From NCBI GenBank assembly GCA_038143065.1, contig JAYQLI010000035.1, positions 1,632,894-1,696,893 on the forward strand: DNA of 64,000 bases, read 5' to 3'. Source of the stretch: Rhodospirillales bacterium (lineage in GTDB: Bacteria; Pseudomonadota; Alphaproteobacteria; Bin95). A program made the position numbers and the translations under genes. Positions 1 through 11,913 of the stretch are shown one piece after another (within the stretch, counting starts at the first letter, position 1; each line of letters starts with the position of its first letter). The notes under the pieces were generated by a model. It ran no database searches. It was not told the DNA's origin and was given only the letters and a program-made list of their open reading frames with translations.

Positions 1-677
1 TGCAAGCAGGTGCTAGTGGACGAGGTCAAAAATTCGCTGCACGTTGGGGGGAACTTCTTTTTACTGCACCGCCGCACCTTGCAGCTGCGACAGCGGCTTA
101 TAACAATCTTAAGTCTGCTGCCGAAGCCAATGGGCGGGATCCAAACAGTATGAAAATAGCCGCGTTAGGGTTTCCTATTGCCGCAGCAACTAAAGCGGAA
201 GCAGAAGACAAACGGGCTTTCTATGATACGCTACCAAATGAAGTGGATCAGCTATCCCTTCTATCAGAAGCTTTAAACTACGACTTTGGGAATAAAGGTT
301 TAGACGAACCTTTCACTGATTCTGAAATGGCTAGTGTTTCTGGTATGCAAACTATGAGAGACCGAGTTATTCAGGCTGGCTATCCAAATCCAACACCTCG
401 TGACTTTATGGAAGTTACACAACGTGGTCGTCTAAACCATGCATGGGTTGGAGGCCCAAAAGAAATAGCTGATATCATGGAAGAATGGTTCACAACGCCG
501 GCATGTGACGGCTTTGTAATTGGCCCTTCTTGGCTGCCAGGAAGCTTTGAGGATTTTGTTACTCACATAGTTCCAGAGCTTCAACGCAGAGGTCTGTATC
601 GCAAAGAATATTCTGGCACCACCCTCAGAGACCACCTGGGACTAGCAAAAGCCTCTGTGGGAGACTGGAAACTCTAA
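1..677 (+). CDS. Luciferase-like (LLM) flavin-dependent monooxygenase, NtaA/DmoA/DszA family, 5'-truncated by window edge
   Basis: Frame open from base 3 (QAGASGRGQKFAARW...); C-terminal motif DGF...IVPELQRRGLYRKEYSGTTLRDHLGL typical of the family. Confidence 0.85.
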   Translation, partial: QAGASGRGQKFAARWGELLFTAPPHLAAATAAYNNLKSAAEANGRDPNSMKIAALGFPIAAATKAEAEDKRAFYDTLPNEVDQLSLLSEALNYDFGNKGLDEPFTDSEMASVSGMQTMRDRVIQAGYPNPTPRDFMEVTQRGRLNHAWVGGPKEIADIMEEWFTTPACDGFVIGPSWLPGSFEDFVTHIVPELQRRGLYRKEYSGTTLRDHLGLAKASVGDWKL

Positions 678-695
678 AGACCGTTGTTAACGCGT

Positions 696-1396
696 CTAAC
701 GCATTGCCAAAAGAGATCCTAAACGCTCAGCGCAGTCAGCATCAAAAACACCATCAATTTGGGTTTGCCGATAGTGCCGTTGGAAGGCAGAAATGCATGC
801 GAGGGTATCTTGGTCCAAGGCACCAGTTTCTGGACAAGAATAGCCCCATTTTGCGAGCATGCGCTGAGCTTCTATTACACTAGGACGTTGTCCCTGCCGT
901 CTATTTGAAATTGCGTCAGGCCATAACCCTACACCCTCAGCGGCCAAGAATTCCCAAGGAAAAACTCACCCGGGTCGCGCTTTCGTCTTGGCGCAATATC
1001 GCTGTGGGCAAGCACATGCGCATGTGGAATAGAATAAGTTGAAATTAGGTGCTGCGATAAAGAAATAACCGCTTTAATTTGAGCATCGGCAAAAGGCCTT
1101 AATCCAAATTCATGGCCGGGATTAACAATTTCAATGCCTATTGAGGTATCATTGAGGCGATAATTGCCGCCCCAGAACGATTGGCCAGCGTGCCAAGCTC
1201 GATGCTCGTCAGCAACTAGATGAAAAATGGTTCCGTCAACCTCCACCAAATAATGGCTAGATACTTTTGATGCCGGGTTACAAAGCCTAGTTAAAGCGGC
1301 TGCACCCGATGACATGCCCGTATAGTGTAAAATCAGAAACTCAATGCTCTTACCGGAAGGTCTGTCATCGTAATTGGGCGAGGATGTTTCCAACAT
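696..1396 (-). CDS. N-acetylmuramoyl-L-alanine amidase (AmiD/AmpD-like) with C-terminal peptidoglycan-binding domain; frameshift near 960
   Basis: LILHYTGM, VSSHYLV, RAWHAG, SIGIEIVNPGH, HSDIAPRRKRDPGE motifs; ORF 696-947 gives AFQRHYR PG-binding part; break at A-run near 960. Confidence 0.88.
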
Positions 1397-3212
1397 TAAG
1401 CTACTTTTTCAGCCTTTTCAGAGAGGATTAACCACCGCTCCTCTGCTACTTCTAAATCGTCTCTAGATTTTATTAACCAGTCTGTAAGCTTGGAGTAACG
1501 ATCAGGATCGCGCGCATAGGCGTCAGGCTTTCCAAGGGCGTCTTCAATTCTTTTTATATCGTGCTCTAATTTAGCAATCCTAGAAGGCAACTCGTCCAAT
1601 TCGTATTGTTCTTTAAAAGTAAGGCCCTCTCGGTCCGCCTTTGGCTTTGGCAACGCCTTTTTCTTGTTTTCACCAGAGGCGCGGCGATCTTTTACACGAT
1701 CATCTCGTTGGCGCAGATAATCCTGATATCCGCCAACAAACTCTCGAGCTTGACCATCTCCTTCAAGGGCCACAATGCTAGCGACCGTGCGGTCAAGAAA
1801 GTCTCTATCATGGGACACAATAATAAGCGTACCACCAAATTCCCCAAGCGCATCTTCGAGCAGATCTAAGGTATCCATATCCAGATCGTTAGTCGGTTCA
1901 TCTAGAACCATTAGATCCGTGGGCGTGCAAGTAACTTTGCTAGTAAAAGTCGGTTACGCTCGCCACCCGAAAGGGTCGATATCGGACTTTTGACTTGATC
2001 AACATCAAAATTGAAATCCTTCAGGTAGCCGACTACATGCCGAGGGCGACCACGAACCATCACCTGGTCTCCCCCCATTGGACACATCCAACGCCAAAGT
2101 GTTTCAGCTAGGTCTAGACCAACACGCTTTTGATCAAAATATGCTGTTTCCAATGTTTTGGCGACTTGTACTTTCCCGGAATGTGGCTCTAAATCGCCAG
2201 TAAGCATCCTAATTAAAGTGGTCTTACCTGCTCCATTAGGACCGATGATACCAATACGATCGCCTTTAAGGATGCGAGTGCTGAAATTCTCAAATAAAAC
2301 TCGCTCTCCACTTGATGCATCAGGAATGGCAGCCCGAAGATCCTTGGCCTCGATAGCCATCCGAGACTTGGCCTCACCTTCGTTAATTTTTAGTTCCGGC
2401 CTGCGAGGCTTACCTAAAAGAGCAGACCTCGCGTCTCTCATATCATGCAGTCTGCTGAGGCGGCCCTGATTTCTTTTGCGCCGGGCTGTTACACCTCTCA
2501 GGAGCCAGCGTTTTTCCTGAGCCAACTTAGAGTCAAGCTTTTCTGCTGCTCTTGCCTCTTCCTCGAAGATTTGTTCCACCCAAGCATCAAACTCTCGAAA
2601 ACGTTTTTTTGCAGTTCTGAGTGTTCCTCGTTCAAGCCAAAACAAGCGCTGGGTCACGGCATCTAGGAAGGCACGGTCATGGCTAATTACAACTAGCGCA
2701 CCGCCAAAAGATAATATGAAATCCTCTAAATTCTGAATAGCAATCAGATCCAGATGGTTTGTAGGCTCATCTAGCAAAAGCACATCAGGGGGGCGAATAA
2801 GGGCGCGGGCGAGGCTAATCTTCCTGGCCTCGCCCCCGGATAATGAAGTGGCATCGCGCGAAGCGAGCTGCCGCACGCCAAAGCGATCTAGAGCTGCGCT
2901 TATTTCATAATCTTCAGGCGGCGCTTCTGGATCTGCTGAGGCCACATGATCCCATGCGGTTTCATTCGGCTTAAATACAGGCTCTTGAGGAAGCCATGCA
3001 ACCCGCGTCCCTGGTTGCAGAAAGCGCTCGCCGCCATCAGGCTCTATCGCACCAGCTAAAAGCTTCATTAACGTTGTTTTACCGCAGCCATTGCGCCCAA
3101 CCAGTGTGGCCCTCTCACCCGGCAATAACTGAAATTGAATATCGCTGAAAAGAGGATCAGGCCCGAAGCCAAGGCTAACGTCACGAAGTGCAATAATTGG
3201 CGGCTCAGCCAT
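1396..3212 (-). CDS. uup: ABC-F family ATPase (Uup-like); frameshift near 1920
   Basis: Two ABC domains (GRNGCGKT/LSGGE/LLLDEPTNHLD; GPNGAGKT/LSGGERNR/VLDEPTNDLD), GVTARRKRNQGRL linker, C-terminal coiled coil; two ORFs join with one base restored. Confidence 0.88.
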
Positions 3213-3263
3213 CAGTAAATCCGAAATGGGCAGTGAATAGATTTCACCGCCCGATATGCCGGC

Positions 3264-3767
3264 TTAGGAGACTGCCTTCAAGGGGGTGCGCGTTACTTTT
3301 GATGCATCACAACCTTCAATACGAATAAGCTTAGTTGGGCCAGCCCGATAAGGAGCATGGATTGCACCAACAGGATAGTGATGGGCATCACCAGGCTTCA
3401 TTACGTAGGTTTCAGTCTTCTCCACCAGGCCAGGCTCATCGCCCTTAGGAGGGGTTACCATTTCCCAATCAGTCATGCTGGTTTCACCAACTGCCTGGCC
3501 ATAAATCGCCCAGGTGGGGCCGTGATCGTGCGGGTAGCCTTGACGGGCATCGCTATATGAATGAGCGCATATACAAAATCCAAGCTCAGCGTCTTGGTAA
3601 ATTATTTCTCGGTCGGCTGTAGCGTTGCCAAGGTGTTTTTCAACAAATTCCTCATCTTTAAGGGCTTTCTGAACACATTCGGTAACCTTCTCTTGTCCCA
3701 AAATGCCGGGGTCTGCTTTAAGAGCAGCGCGACAGTCATCTGCAAATTGGTCGAGCGTATAAGCCAT
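3264..3767 (-). CDS. Cupin-fold protein, cysteine-dioxygenase-like
   Basis: PHDHG-TWAIY and GAIH cupin-like His motifs; RBS CAGGAG upstream of ATG. Confidence 0.65.
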   Translation of the reverse strand: MAYTLDQFADDCRAALKADPGILGQEKVTECVQKALKDEEFVEKHLGNATADREIIYQDAELGFCICAHSYSDARQGYPHDHGPTWAIYGQAVGETSMTDWEMVTPPKGDEPGLVEKTETYVMKPGDAHHYPVGAIHAPYRAGPTKLIRIEGCDASKVTRTPLKAVS

Positions 3768-4037
3768 GAAAAATCTCCTGCAGGCGAATAATTTTACGGA
3801 ATTCTATCCCGCCTATTAGTAAAGCTAAAGACGATTTTATCAGAATATATGGTCATGCCCCAACCAGGAGAAAAAGGCAAACAGCCCAATTCAATGCTTG
3901 TTTACATACTTAGACACAGCCACAGTTCATCTTTATTCTTCTAGGAAAGTTTTGGATTATCTAGGCCCACCTCAACAGGCTGGGGCCGCAAGATTTCCAA
4001 TAATTGTATTGTTTTAAAATCAAAGGAAATAATAAAA

Positions 4038-4455
4038 GTGCCAGATGTGGGCTTTAGAAAATGGCTAGGTCTGAATTACGAAAAATGGACGATGAGCAAG
4101 CCATCGTGTCGATAGATTTAGATGAAGATAAATGAATGTTCGTGGCGTTGCCCACGGTGGCATTGTTGCGTCTTTAGTTGATGTTGCAATGGGAACTGCA
4201 GCTGGCGGCGGAAATTACGACACTAGAAAGCGCCTGGTAGCAACACAAGAACTGAAAGTTAATTACCTCACTGGCGCAAAAGGCAATAGACTTACGGCCA
4301 CCGCTACTGTGATCCGTGCTGGAAGTCGTTCAATAGTCCTGTCGGGTGACGTAGTAACCGATTCTGGCCTCCATTGTGCAACAGCATTAGGGACATTTAT
4401 GACACGCAGGGTTTCTGAAGGTGATCCAGAACGCTTCCAGAATACTGAGACTTAA
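4038..4455 (+). CDS. PaaI family (hotdog) thioesterase; 5' part frameshifted
   Basis: NVRGVAHGGIVASLVDVAMG motif, TQELKVNYL; GTG at 4038 after AAGGA with apparent A-run indels near 4081 and 4130. Confidence 0.8.
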
Positions 4456-4496
4456 TTCAGAATTAATAGTAAATATTGGTACCGGAGGTAAAAGCG

Positions 4497-6145
4497 ATGA
4501 TCGATTTTAGCCACATCGAGCGTAATTACGACCTGGCAAAAACTTCCTACAGGTTACCAATTCCCGAAGAGTTTAATTTTGCTTACGACGTCATAGACAG
4601 AAGGGCGGCCAAAGCTGACAAAACAGCCCTGATAGCTATTGGACCGGATGGCAAAAAATCCAGCACCATGTCCTACTCCGACCTATCTCATCAGTCAGGT
4701 CAATTCGCTAACGCACTTAAAAATCTTGGTCTTTCTAAAGGTGATTTTGCGTGCGTGGTAATTGGGCGAATTCCAGAATGGTATAGTGTCCTTTTTGGCT
4801 GCATGAAACTCGGCGTGATTTCGATGCCCGGGACCAACTTACTAACTGCTAAAGACATCGCTTATAGAATCCAACAGTCTGGTGCAAAGGCCGCAATTGT
4901 AACGGCAGAGCACGTCGAAAAAGTCGATGCTATCAGGGACCAATGCCCTACACTAAAGCATTTAATAGTCATTGACCCCGAGCATTTGAATGAAGATTGG
5001 CTAGATTTTAAAAATCTTTGCGAAGCTGAAAGCTCAGAGATAGACCAAAAAGTGTTGGCCCTTTCAAATCCACTGACATGATGATGGCGTATTTTACGTC
5101 CGGCACTACCGCCCTGCCTAAGATGGTGCCTAGGGATTTTGGTTACGGACTCGCTCACGCAGCAACCGGCCTATTCTGGATGGATCTCCGTGAAACAGAC
5201 ATTCACTGGACTTTGACAGATACTGGTTGGGCAAAGGCCGCATGGGGAATGCTATTTCCGCAACTTTTACTTGGCTCAACGATTATTCTGTTTGATGGAA
5301 AGGGGCTAGATGTAGATCAGCACTTGCAGCTGATTCACGATTTTAAAGTAAGTACATTCTGCGCACCTCCAACAGCCTATCGCATGTTTGCACAAACTGA
5401 TTTGAAACAGTACGACCTATCAAGTTTACGTCGTTGTATGGGGGCAGGAGAGCCTCTGAACCCAGAAGTTATTCGATACTGGGAGGAACACACAGGCACA
5501 ATCATCGCAGATGGCTACGGTCAAACAGAAACAATCAACATCGTTGCCAATTTCCCTGGCCAGAAGACTAAATTTGGGTCCATGGGTCAGCCAGTTCCCG
5601 GGCTAGACGTAGCTGTCGTGAATGATGAAGGTAAACGGCTACCACCCGGAGAAGTTGGGCACATAGCAGTTAGAACTGAAACTAGCGATGGCATTTGGCC
5701 GCCAGGCCTCTTTGAAGGTTACTTAAAATCAGAGGGAGGGATTGACCGCAATGCTTTCCGCAATGGCTGGTATTACACCGGCGATACCGCTGAAACGGAT
5801 GAAGATGGCTATCTATGGTTTGTTGGCAGAGCAGATGACTTAATCTCATCCGCAGGCTACCGCATTAGTCCGTTTGAGGTGGAAAGTGCTCTTCTTGAGC
5901 ACCCTGCAGTAGCCGAAAGTGCAGTGATTGGCGCGCCTGACCTAACTCGTGGCCAAGTGGTGAAAGCATTTATCATTTTGGCTCGCGGTCACAACGGAAG
6001 CCCACAATTGGCTCAAGACATTCAGGACTTCTGTAAAAACCTAACAGCACCCTATAAATACCCACGGCAAATTGAATTTGTCTCTGAATTACCTAAAACT
6101 ATCAGCGGTAAGATCAGACGTGTAGAATTGCGAGAAGGAAATTAA
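4497..6145 (+). CDS. Short/medium-chain acyl-CoA synthetase (AMP-binding); frameshift near 5050-5078
   Basis: PEEFNFAYDVID N-terminus, YFTSGTT, DGYGQTET, YYTGD, GRADD, YKYPR, LPKTISGKIRR; RBS GGAGG at 4484. Confidence 0.88.
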
Positions 6146-7393
6146 GCAGCCGAATTTTTTGATGGAAGTAGATACTTCTTTGCACGCCAAAGTAGAAAAA
6201 CAGCAAGTGAGCCATTGATAAGGTTCCAACCTATCCCATTCAAGAATGCTGCTTGATAAGTGCCAGTTGCATCATGGATGACCCCCGACAAAAGGCCTCC
6301 TAAGGCCATACCAAAAAGAGTGAAGCTCATTACCGTTCCTATCCGCCAGCCTGCATCTTTCGCAGGGAAATTTTCCCGAACGATCAGAGCATAGGACGGT
6401 ACAATCCCTCCTTGAGATAAACCAAATATGAATGAGACCACATAGAGAGGAAACAGGCCATCGAAAGGCAGAAATAGTGTCAACGCAAATAGCTGCTGCA
6501 CTGAACCAAGAAGAAGCGTTCTGAAACCGCCTATCTTGTCAGAAATCCAACCAGAAATAAGCCTGCTCGCAACTCCAGCCGCCATCATAAGGGCAAGCAT
6601 ATTAGCGCCATGCACTGCACCAAGACCAAGATCTGAACAGAGTGCAACGATATGAACTTGGGGCATCGACATAGCGACACAACAGGCAACACCGGCCACA
6701 CACAACAATCCCTGTAATGTCTCTCGATGGAAACCAAGAGGTCGTTTTGGTGCCACAAACTGTCGTCCTGGTGTTATCTCATCTAAAGCGGAGGTTGACG
6801 ACGCAGCATAAGGGTAAGTGCCGGCATAGCCGATAAACAAAATAAACCAATAAACATCAATGCATCACGCCACCCTAAGGCGTCGATAAGTGCTTGAGTG
6901 ATAGGTGGCCAGATTGTTCCTGCGATATAGTTTCCAGAGATTACAATTCCAATTGCAAAACCACGGCGCTTCTCAAACCAGAGGGAAATATCGGCAACCA
7001 GAGGTGAGAATGTAGCAGCCGCTCCGAGAAAACCTATCGGCAGACCAAACGCAACAGCATAAACCCAAAAAGCCCCTGCAGCAGACGCTATCAGGAAACC
7101 AGAACCATAAATTAAACTCGCTATGAGGAGTATTCTGGCTGTATTCCAACGAGATGTTGCCCATCCATAAAAAATACCGCCCGCACCAAAACCAATCGTG
7201 AAAAGTGTATAAGGCAATGATGCCTCACCCTCGAAAGGCCAAATTCAGTAGCAACAGGAAGAAGCGCCACCGTACAGGCGTACATCCCAAAACCGCCAAT
7301 AGTCATTATGGCAAGCGCTGCCCACAGCCGGGCCCAAGCATACAGACCGTCCGTTTCAGAGGATTGAAAGTGCGTAAAAAACTTTTTTGACAT
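6142..7393 (-). CDS. MFS transporter (oxalate/formate-antiporter-like); two frameshifts
   Basis: Three consecutive hydrophobic ORFs; WFEKRRGFA and GWISDKIGG MFS motifs. Confidence 0.8.
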
Positions 7394-7513
7394 TAATGAC
7401 TACCGTTAAGATGAACTCGCTCAGTAGACTGCGAGACGTACATGCGCAATCAAAAATACAAATCGCAAACCTCTAAACACTGGCAATGCATCCGCTAGTG
7501 AAAGGGACTACCA

Positions 7514-8281
7514 ATGGCTGGCAGAATTGAAATAGAGAGAGATGATCGCGGAGTTGAAACTATTTGGCTCAACAATCAAGATCATCGAAACACCCTAAAC
7601 AATACTTTAATCGACGACATGGCCGCTGCCGTTCATCGGTCAAGTAGTGATGACCAATGCCATGTAATTATAATTCGTGGGCGTGGAGGTGTTTTCTGCG
7701 CGGGCAGAGAATTACGTGATCTTGCCGCTCTATTGGATGCTGACATTTCCTTAATCCAGGCAACTTATCACAGGCTAAGGATGCTGAATGAAGCACTATA
7801 TTTATGTCGAAAGCCAACAATCGCTGTTGTTGAAAAATATGCTTTTGGTGCAGGGGCTACTCTAGCAAGCTGGTGCGATATTGCTATTGCTGAAGATGAT
7901 GCTTCCTTTGCCTACCCAGAGGTTCGACACGGGATAGTACCCTCGCCAATTGTGATGGCTCTCAATCGTGGCGCGCCAAGGAAAGCAATAATGGATTTGA
8001 TCCTTACAGGGCGTCGCATAGACGGCCGGGAAGCCGCCCTCTGCCATATTATAACAAGGGCAGTAGCGAAGTCTGATTTGGAAACTAATGTTGAAGCGAC
8101 AATTTCAAATATACTCAAAGGTAGTCCAGACGCGATTGCCCGAACAAAGGACTTCATTGTTCACGCAGAAGATGCCAGCATGCGATCAGCGATGCTGTCA
8201 GCAGTCGATAGCATTTCGATAGGGCTAACTCATCCTGAAACACGGCGGCGTATTTCCGCTTTTTTAGCAGGAGCAAGATAG
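7514..8281 (+). CDS. Enoyl-CoA hydratase/isomerase family protein
   Basis: FCAGREL, KPTIAVV..AFGAG, FAYPEVRHGI crotonase motifs. Confidence 0.88.
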   Translation: MAGRIEIERDDRGVETIWLNNQDHRNTLNNTLIDDMAAAVHRSSSDDQCHVIIIRGRGGVFCAGRELRDLAALLDADISLIQATYHRLRMLNEALYLCRKPTIAVVEKYAFGAGATLASWCDIAIAEDDASFAYPEVRHGIVPSPIVMALNRGAPRKAIMDLILTGRRIDGREAALCHIITRAVAKSDLETNVEATISNILKGSPDAIARTKDFIVHAEDASMRSAMLSAVDSISIGLTHPETRRRISAFLAGAR

Positions 8282-8349
8282 GAAGGCATCCCAAAAAGTG
8301 AACTTGCACTGCACAGTAACAGCTGAATTATTTAGGACTAGCTGAATAA

Positions 8350-9198
8350 ATGAAAGTAGATCAAATAGCCGGCGCGCTCGGTGCAGACGTCACTGAGATT
8401 GATATCTCAGCGCCGCTTACAGATATCCAACTAAACGCAATAAAGGTGGCACTTTGGCAATATGGAGTGCTGGCATTTCGCAATCAAACCATATCACCAG
8501 CCCAACAGCTTTCCTTTGTAAAGCAATTCGGAGAAATCCATTACCACCCCCATGTAAAGGGCCTTCCAGAGCAACCAGAGGTCATGGAAATCTTAAAAAG
8601 AGAGGAAGATCTCCATAACTTTGGATCAGGCTGGCATACAGACCAGATGTTTACTCCAAAGCCTTCAAATTACACCTGTCTATATGCGAAAGAACTGCCT
8701 GATACTGGTGGTGATACACTGTATGCCTGCATGAGAAATGGCTTTCGGACATTATCACCCGCGATGCAGAAATTGGCTCAAACACTGAAAACGGAAAACC
8801 GTTCCTTTGCGGCACAACTTTCAGGGCGAAATCAAACTTCAGCTGGATATTTTGGAGCTGGGATGAGGACCCAAGAGGCGACAGCTGATGAAACCTTGAT
8901 CCAACATCCTGTTGTGCGAAAGCATCCTGAGACAAGCGATCCAGTTCTTTATATAGGTCTACACAGTATTAGGCTTGCTGGATTTACCGAAGATGAAAGT
9001 AAACCTCTCCTAGACTACTGGAAGGCACACCTTGTTGTCCCGGAGAACACAGCACGTCTGCGTTGGCAGCCTGGCACACTTGCCATTTGGGATAACCGAC
9101 TAGTGCTGCATAATGCGGTTAATGACTATCCTGGCAAACGCCGCCGCATGCACCGGATCACGGTTGCTGGAGAGGCAACACAAAGTTGGAAAGCTTGA
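8350..9198 (+). CDS. TauD/TfdA family Fe(II)/2-oxoglutarate dioxygenase
   Basis: WHTD (HxD), GGDTL, HPVVRKHPET, WDNR..LH, RRMHRITV. Confidence 0.92.
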   Translation: MKVDQIAGALGADVTEIDISAPLTDIQLNAIKVALWQYGVLAFRNQTISPAQQLSFVKQFGEIHYHPHVKGLPEQPEVMEILKREEDLHNFGSGWHTDQMFTPKPSNYTCLYAKELPDTGGDTLYACMRNGFRTLSPAMQKLAQTLKTENRSFAAQLSGRNQTSAGYFGAGMRTQEATADETLIQHPVVRKHPETSDPVLYIGLHSIRLAGFTEDESKPLLDYWKAHLVVPENTARLRWQPGTLAIWDNRLVLHNAVNDYPGKRRRMHRITVAGEATQSWKA

Positions 9199-9206
9199 GG
9201 AAAGCG

Positions 9207-10868
9207 ATGACTTCTAATCCCACAAATGTAGATCCAATCACAACATCTGTTATCCAGCATCGGTTGACTGCCATTGTCGAAGAAATGGGCGAAGCGATGC
9301 TTCGAACGTCTTATTCTCAGATACTGAATTCCTCACGGGATTTTTCTGCTGCTATGGTCGATAGCGACTGTCAGCTTGTAGCCCAGGCCGAGCATATACC
9401 GGTGCACGTTGGGGCGATGCCATGGGCGGCAAAGGCTGTAAGAGATTACTTTGGCGAGGACGTTAGTGAAGGCGATTTATTCCTCGTGAACGACCCCTAT
9501 TTGGGCTACGGCAGCCATCTCCCGGATGTCACCGTGTTTGCACCAGTATTTATTGAAGGAAGTGTAGCCTTTTGGACTATCAACCGAGCTCACCATTCAG
9601 ATATTGGTGGTTCAACCCACGGTGCCTACAACCCTTCAGCAACCGAGATATTTCACGAAGGCCTCCGTATACCACCCTTGCGACTTTGGGAGCGAGGTAA
9701 GCCAAAACAAGATTTACTCGACATGCTCGCAGCAAATGTGCGTCACCCGCGTGACTTTAAGGGCGATCTTGCTGCTCAAATTGGGTCTGTCAAACTTGGC
9801 GAGCGGAGACTAAAGGCACTCGTTGATGGATTTGGCGCAAAAGTTGTTCTTCAATCCTGCAGACAAATTTTGGATGGAGCAGAAGCTCGTGCGCGGGCGG
9901 AAATAGAAACTTGGAAAGACTGAAAATATTTTGGCGAGGCTACTCTAGATGACGATGGTCATGGCCGTGAAAATATCAAAATTCGCGCCAGTGTGACGGT
10001 GCAAGGTTCGAATGTTGAGGTAGACCTTTCAGATAGTGATCCTGAAAGTACCGCTTTCGTTAATTCCTCTTTCGCAAATATGCAGTCAGCTTGCGCACAA
10101 ACTCTTGCCTATTTGATCGACCCAACTATCCCAAAAAACGCGGGCGCATTCCGACCGATGAGTGTTATTGCGAAACAAGGCACTATTGTTTGGTCAAATG
10201 ATGGGCTGCCTGTAACTATGTGCACTAGTCATTGTTCAAACGAAATTATCGAGGCCATCATTGTCGCTTTGTCCGAAGCCTGTCCGGACAAAGCAATGGC
10301 TGGATGGGGCAGACGACTTCGCATTGCCATCAAAGGGGAAGATCCTCGCAACGGAAAAACTTTTATTTGGCATATGTTCCACGCTCGCCCTGGAGCTGGC
10401 GCCTCTCCTGGGGGTGATGGTTGGCACAATGCAGGTGAATGGCATTCAGCAGGAGGCCTAAAATTCGGCAGCGTGGAAGTGGCTGAAGCCCGCTTTCCTC
10501 TTCATTTTTGTCGGCATGAATTTAGGCCAAATTCAGGGGGAGCGGGTCAGTTTCGAGGCGGCACGGGTGTAGACATGGAAATGGTAGTTGAGACCTTAGG
10601 AGATGCTGTAGCTAATACCGCTGGCGATGGCCAACGTCATGGAGCTCGCGGTATTTTGGGTGGCTTAGATGGAGAGCCTCACTTCTATCGACAAAAGGGA
10701 AGCAACGGAATTGAGCTTCCCCTTCCCTCGAAAGCTACTGGCTTGCCGGTTAAGTCGGGGGACGTGTTTATAGTTTCATCTGGTGGAGGCGGCGGATGGG
10801 GACAGCCAAAAATGCGCACAGATGATTGTCACTCGGATGATCTGGCTGACGGCTTCGTAACAAATTAA
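9207..10868 (+). CDS. Hydantoinase B/5-oxoprolinase family protein; in-frame TGA at 9921-9923
   Basis: LRTSYS, RDFS, IPVHVG, NDPY..SHLPD, HHSDIGG, EGLRIPP, GGGGWG; ORFs 9186-9923 and 9993-10868 are in the same frame (WKD*KYFGEATLDDDG). Confidence 0.88.
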
Positions 10869-11787
10869 TGGTTCAAAAAATTGAGAGGTAAGCCAGCTTT
10901 TGGCCAATCGCCTCTCACTAATTTCCCGCAAAGGAAAGTGTTATGAAGGCCGTTTTAAGGTCCTCTCCACCAAAGCAAATATTAGTGACGTAGGGGTCAT
11001 CCATTGCAATATGCTCTATGGAGGAGCCATCCGGAGCGATCACTGTAATACCGCCATCCATCAAAGTTGCCACGCATATATTTCCATGGCTATCTACGGC
11101 AAGGCTATCAAAATTTCGAAAGCCTTGCGTTTGCCCGACTAAAAAACCGCCGTGTGGTGATGGCCAATCGCGTTTAATTAATTTACCCGGGCTCTCAATA
11201 TCAAACCCCCAAAGACGACCTGTTTGGGTCTCTGCAACATAAACCGTTTGTTCATCTGGGGAGAGGCCAACACCATTTGCTGTGATTATGGGATATGCGG
11301 CTTCTTCAATGTGTTTACCTTCGATTGTAGCGTAATAGAGACCTGACCGATCCCAATCTCTGTGACGTGTTTTACCTAAATCTGTGAACCAAAAACCGCC
11401 TTGCTTATCAAAAACAATGTCGTTTGGCCCACAAAGTTTATGTTCTCCGCAACTCTCATAGAGAATCTCAACACTACCAGTTTCAAGGTCAATCCGTTGT
11501 ATACTGCCGCCCTTGTAATAATCTGACTGACCGACTGGTCGCTTATTACCTAAACTATCAACGTGAAAAGCAAGACCTCCGTTGTTACAAACGTATACCG
11601 CGCCATCTGGACCAATTGCAGCTCCATTAGGACCTCCGCCTAACTCTGCAATTACTTCAACCACTCCAGCTGGCGTCACGCGGCTCAGCGTTCCTCTTTC
11701 AATCTCCACCAGTATGATGGAGCCATCTTGCATGGCAATTGGTCCCTCAGGGAAGCAAAGTCCCTCGGCAACGGTAGTTAACTGCAT
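10865..11787 (-). CDS. SMP-30/gluconolactonase/LRE family protein; frameshift near 10922
   Basis: GLCFPEGP, GPNG, GPNDIVFD, NGVGLSPD, DSLAVD, TNICFGG; alternate frame continues KLVRGDWPKAGLPLNFLNH to TAA at 10865. Confidence 0.88.
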
Positions 11788-11913
11788 ATCAAACTCCCAA
11801 AACTGAGATGATTATATGGTGAATAAAGTTACCTAGATATACCATAGGCCTTGACCCAAGCCCCTTAGCAAGCGACGGTCTTTTGATGCAAGAGGTTCAG
11901 GAGTTTAACCGCA

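Noticed and set aside
7481-7496. Sigma-54-like GG-N10-GC (TGGCAATGCATCCGC)
   Set aside because: Poor match at the -12 element, and the implied start site would fall within the RBS
9921-9960. Possible Sec codon in hydantoinase B
   Set aside because: The context W-K-D-x matches a conserved (P/K)-D-G turn, so Gly is expected; no hairpin follows
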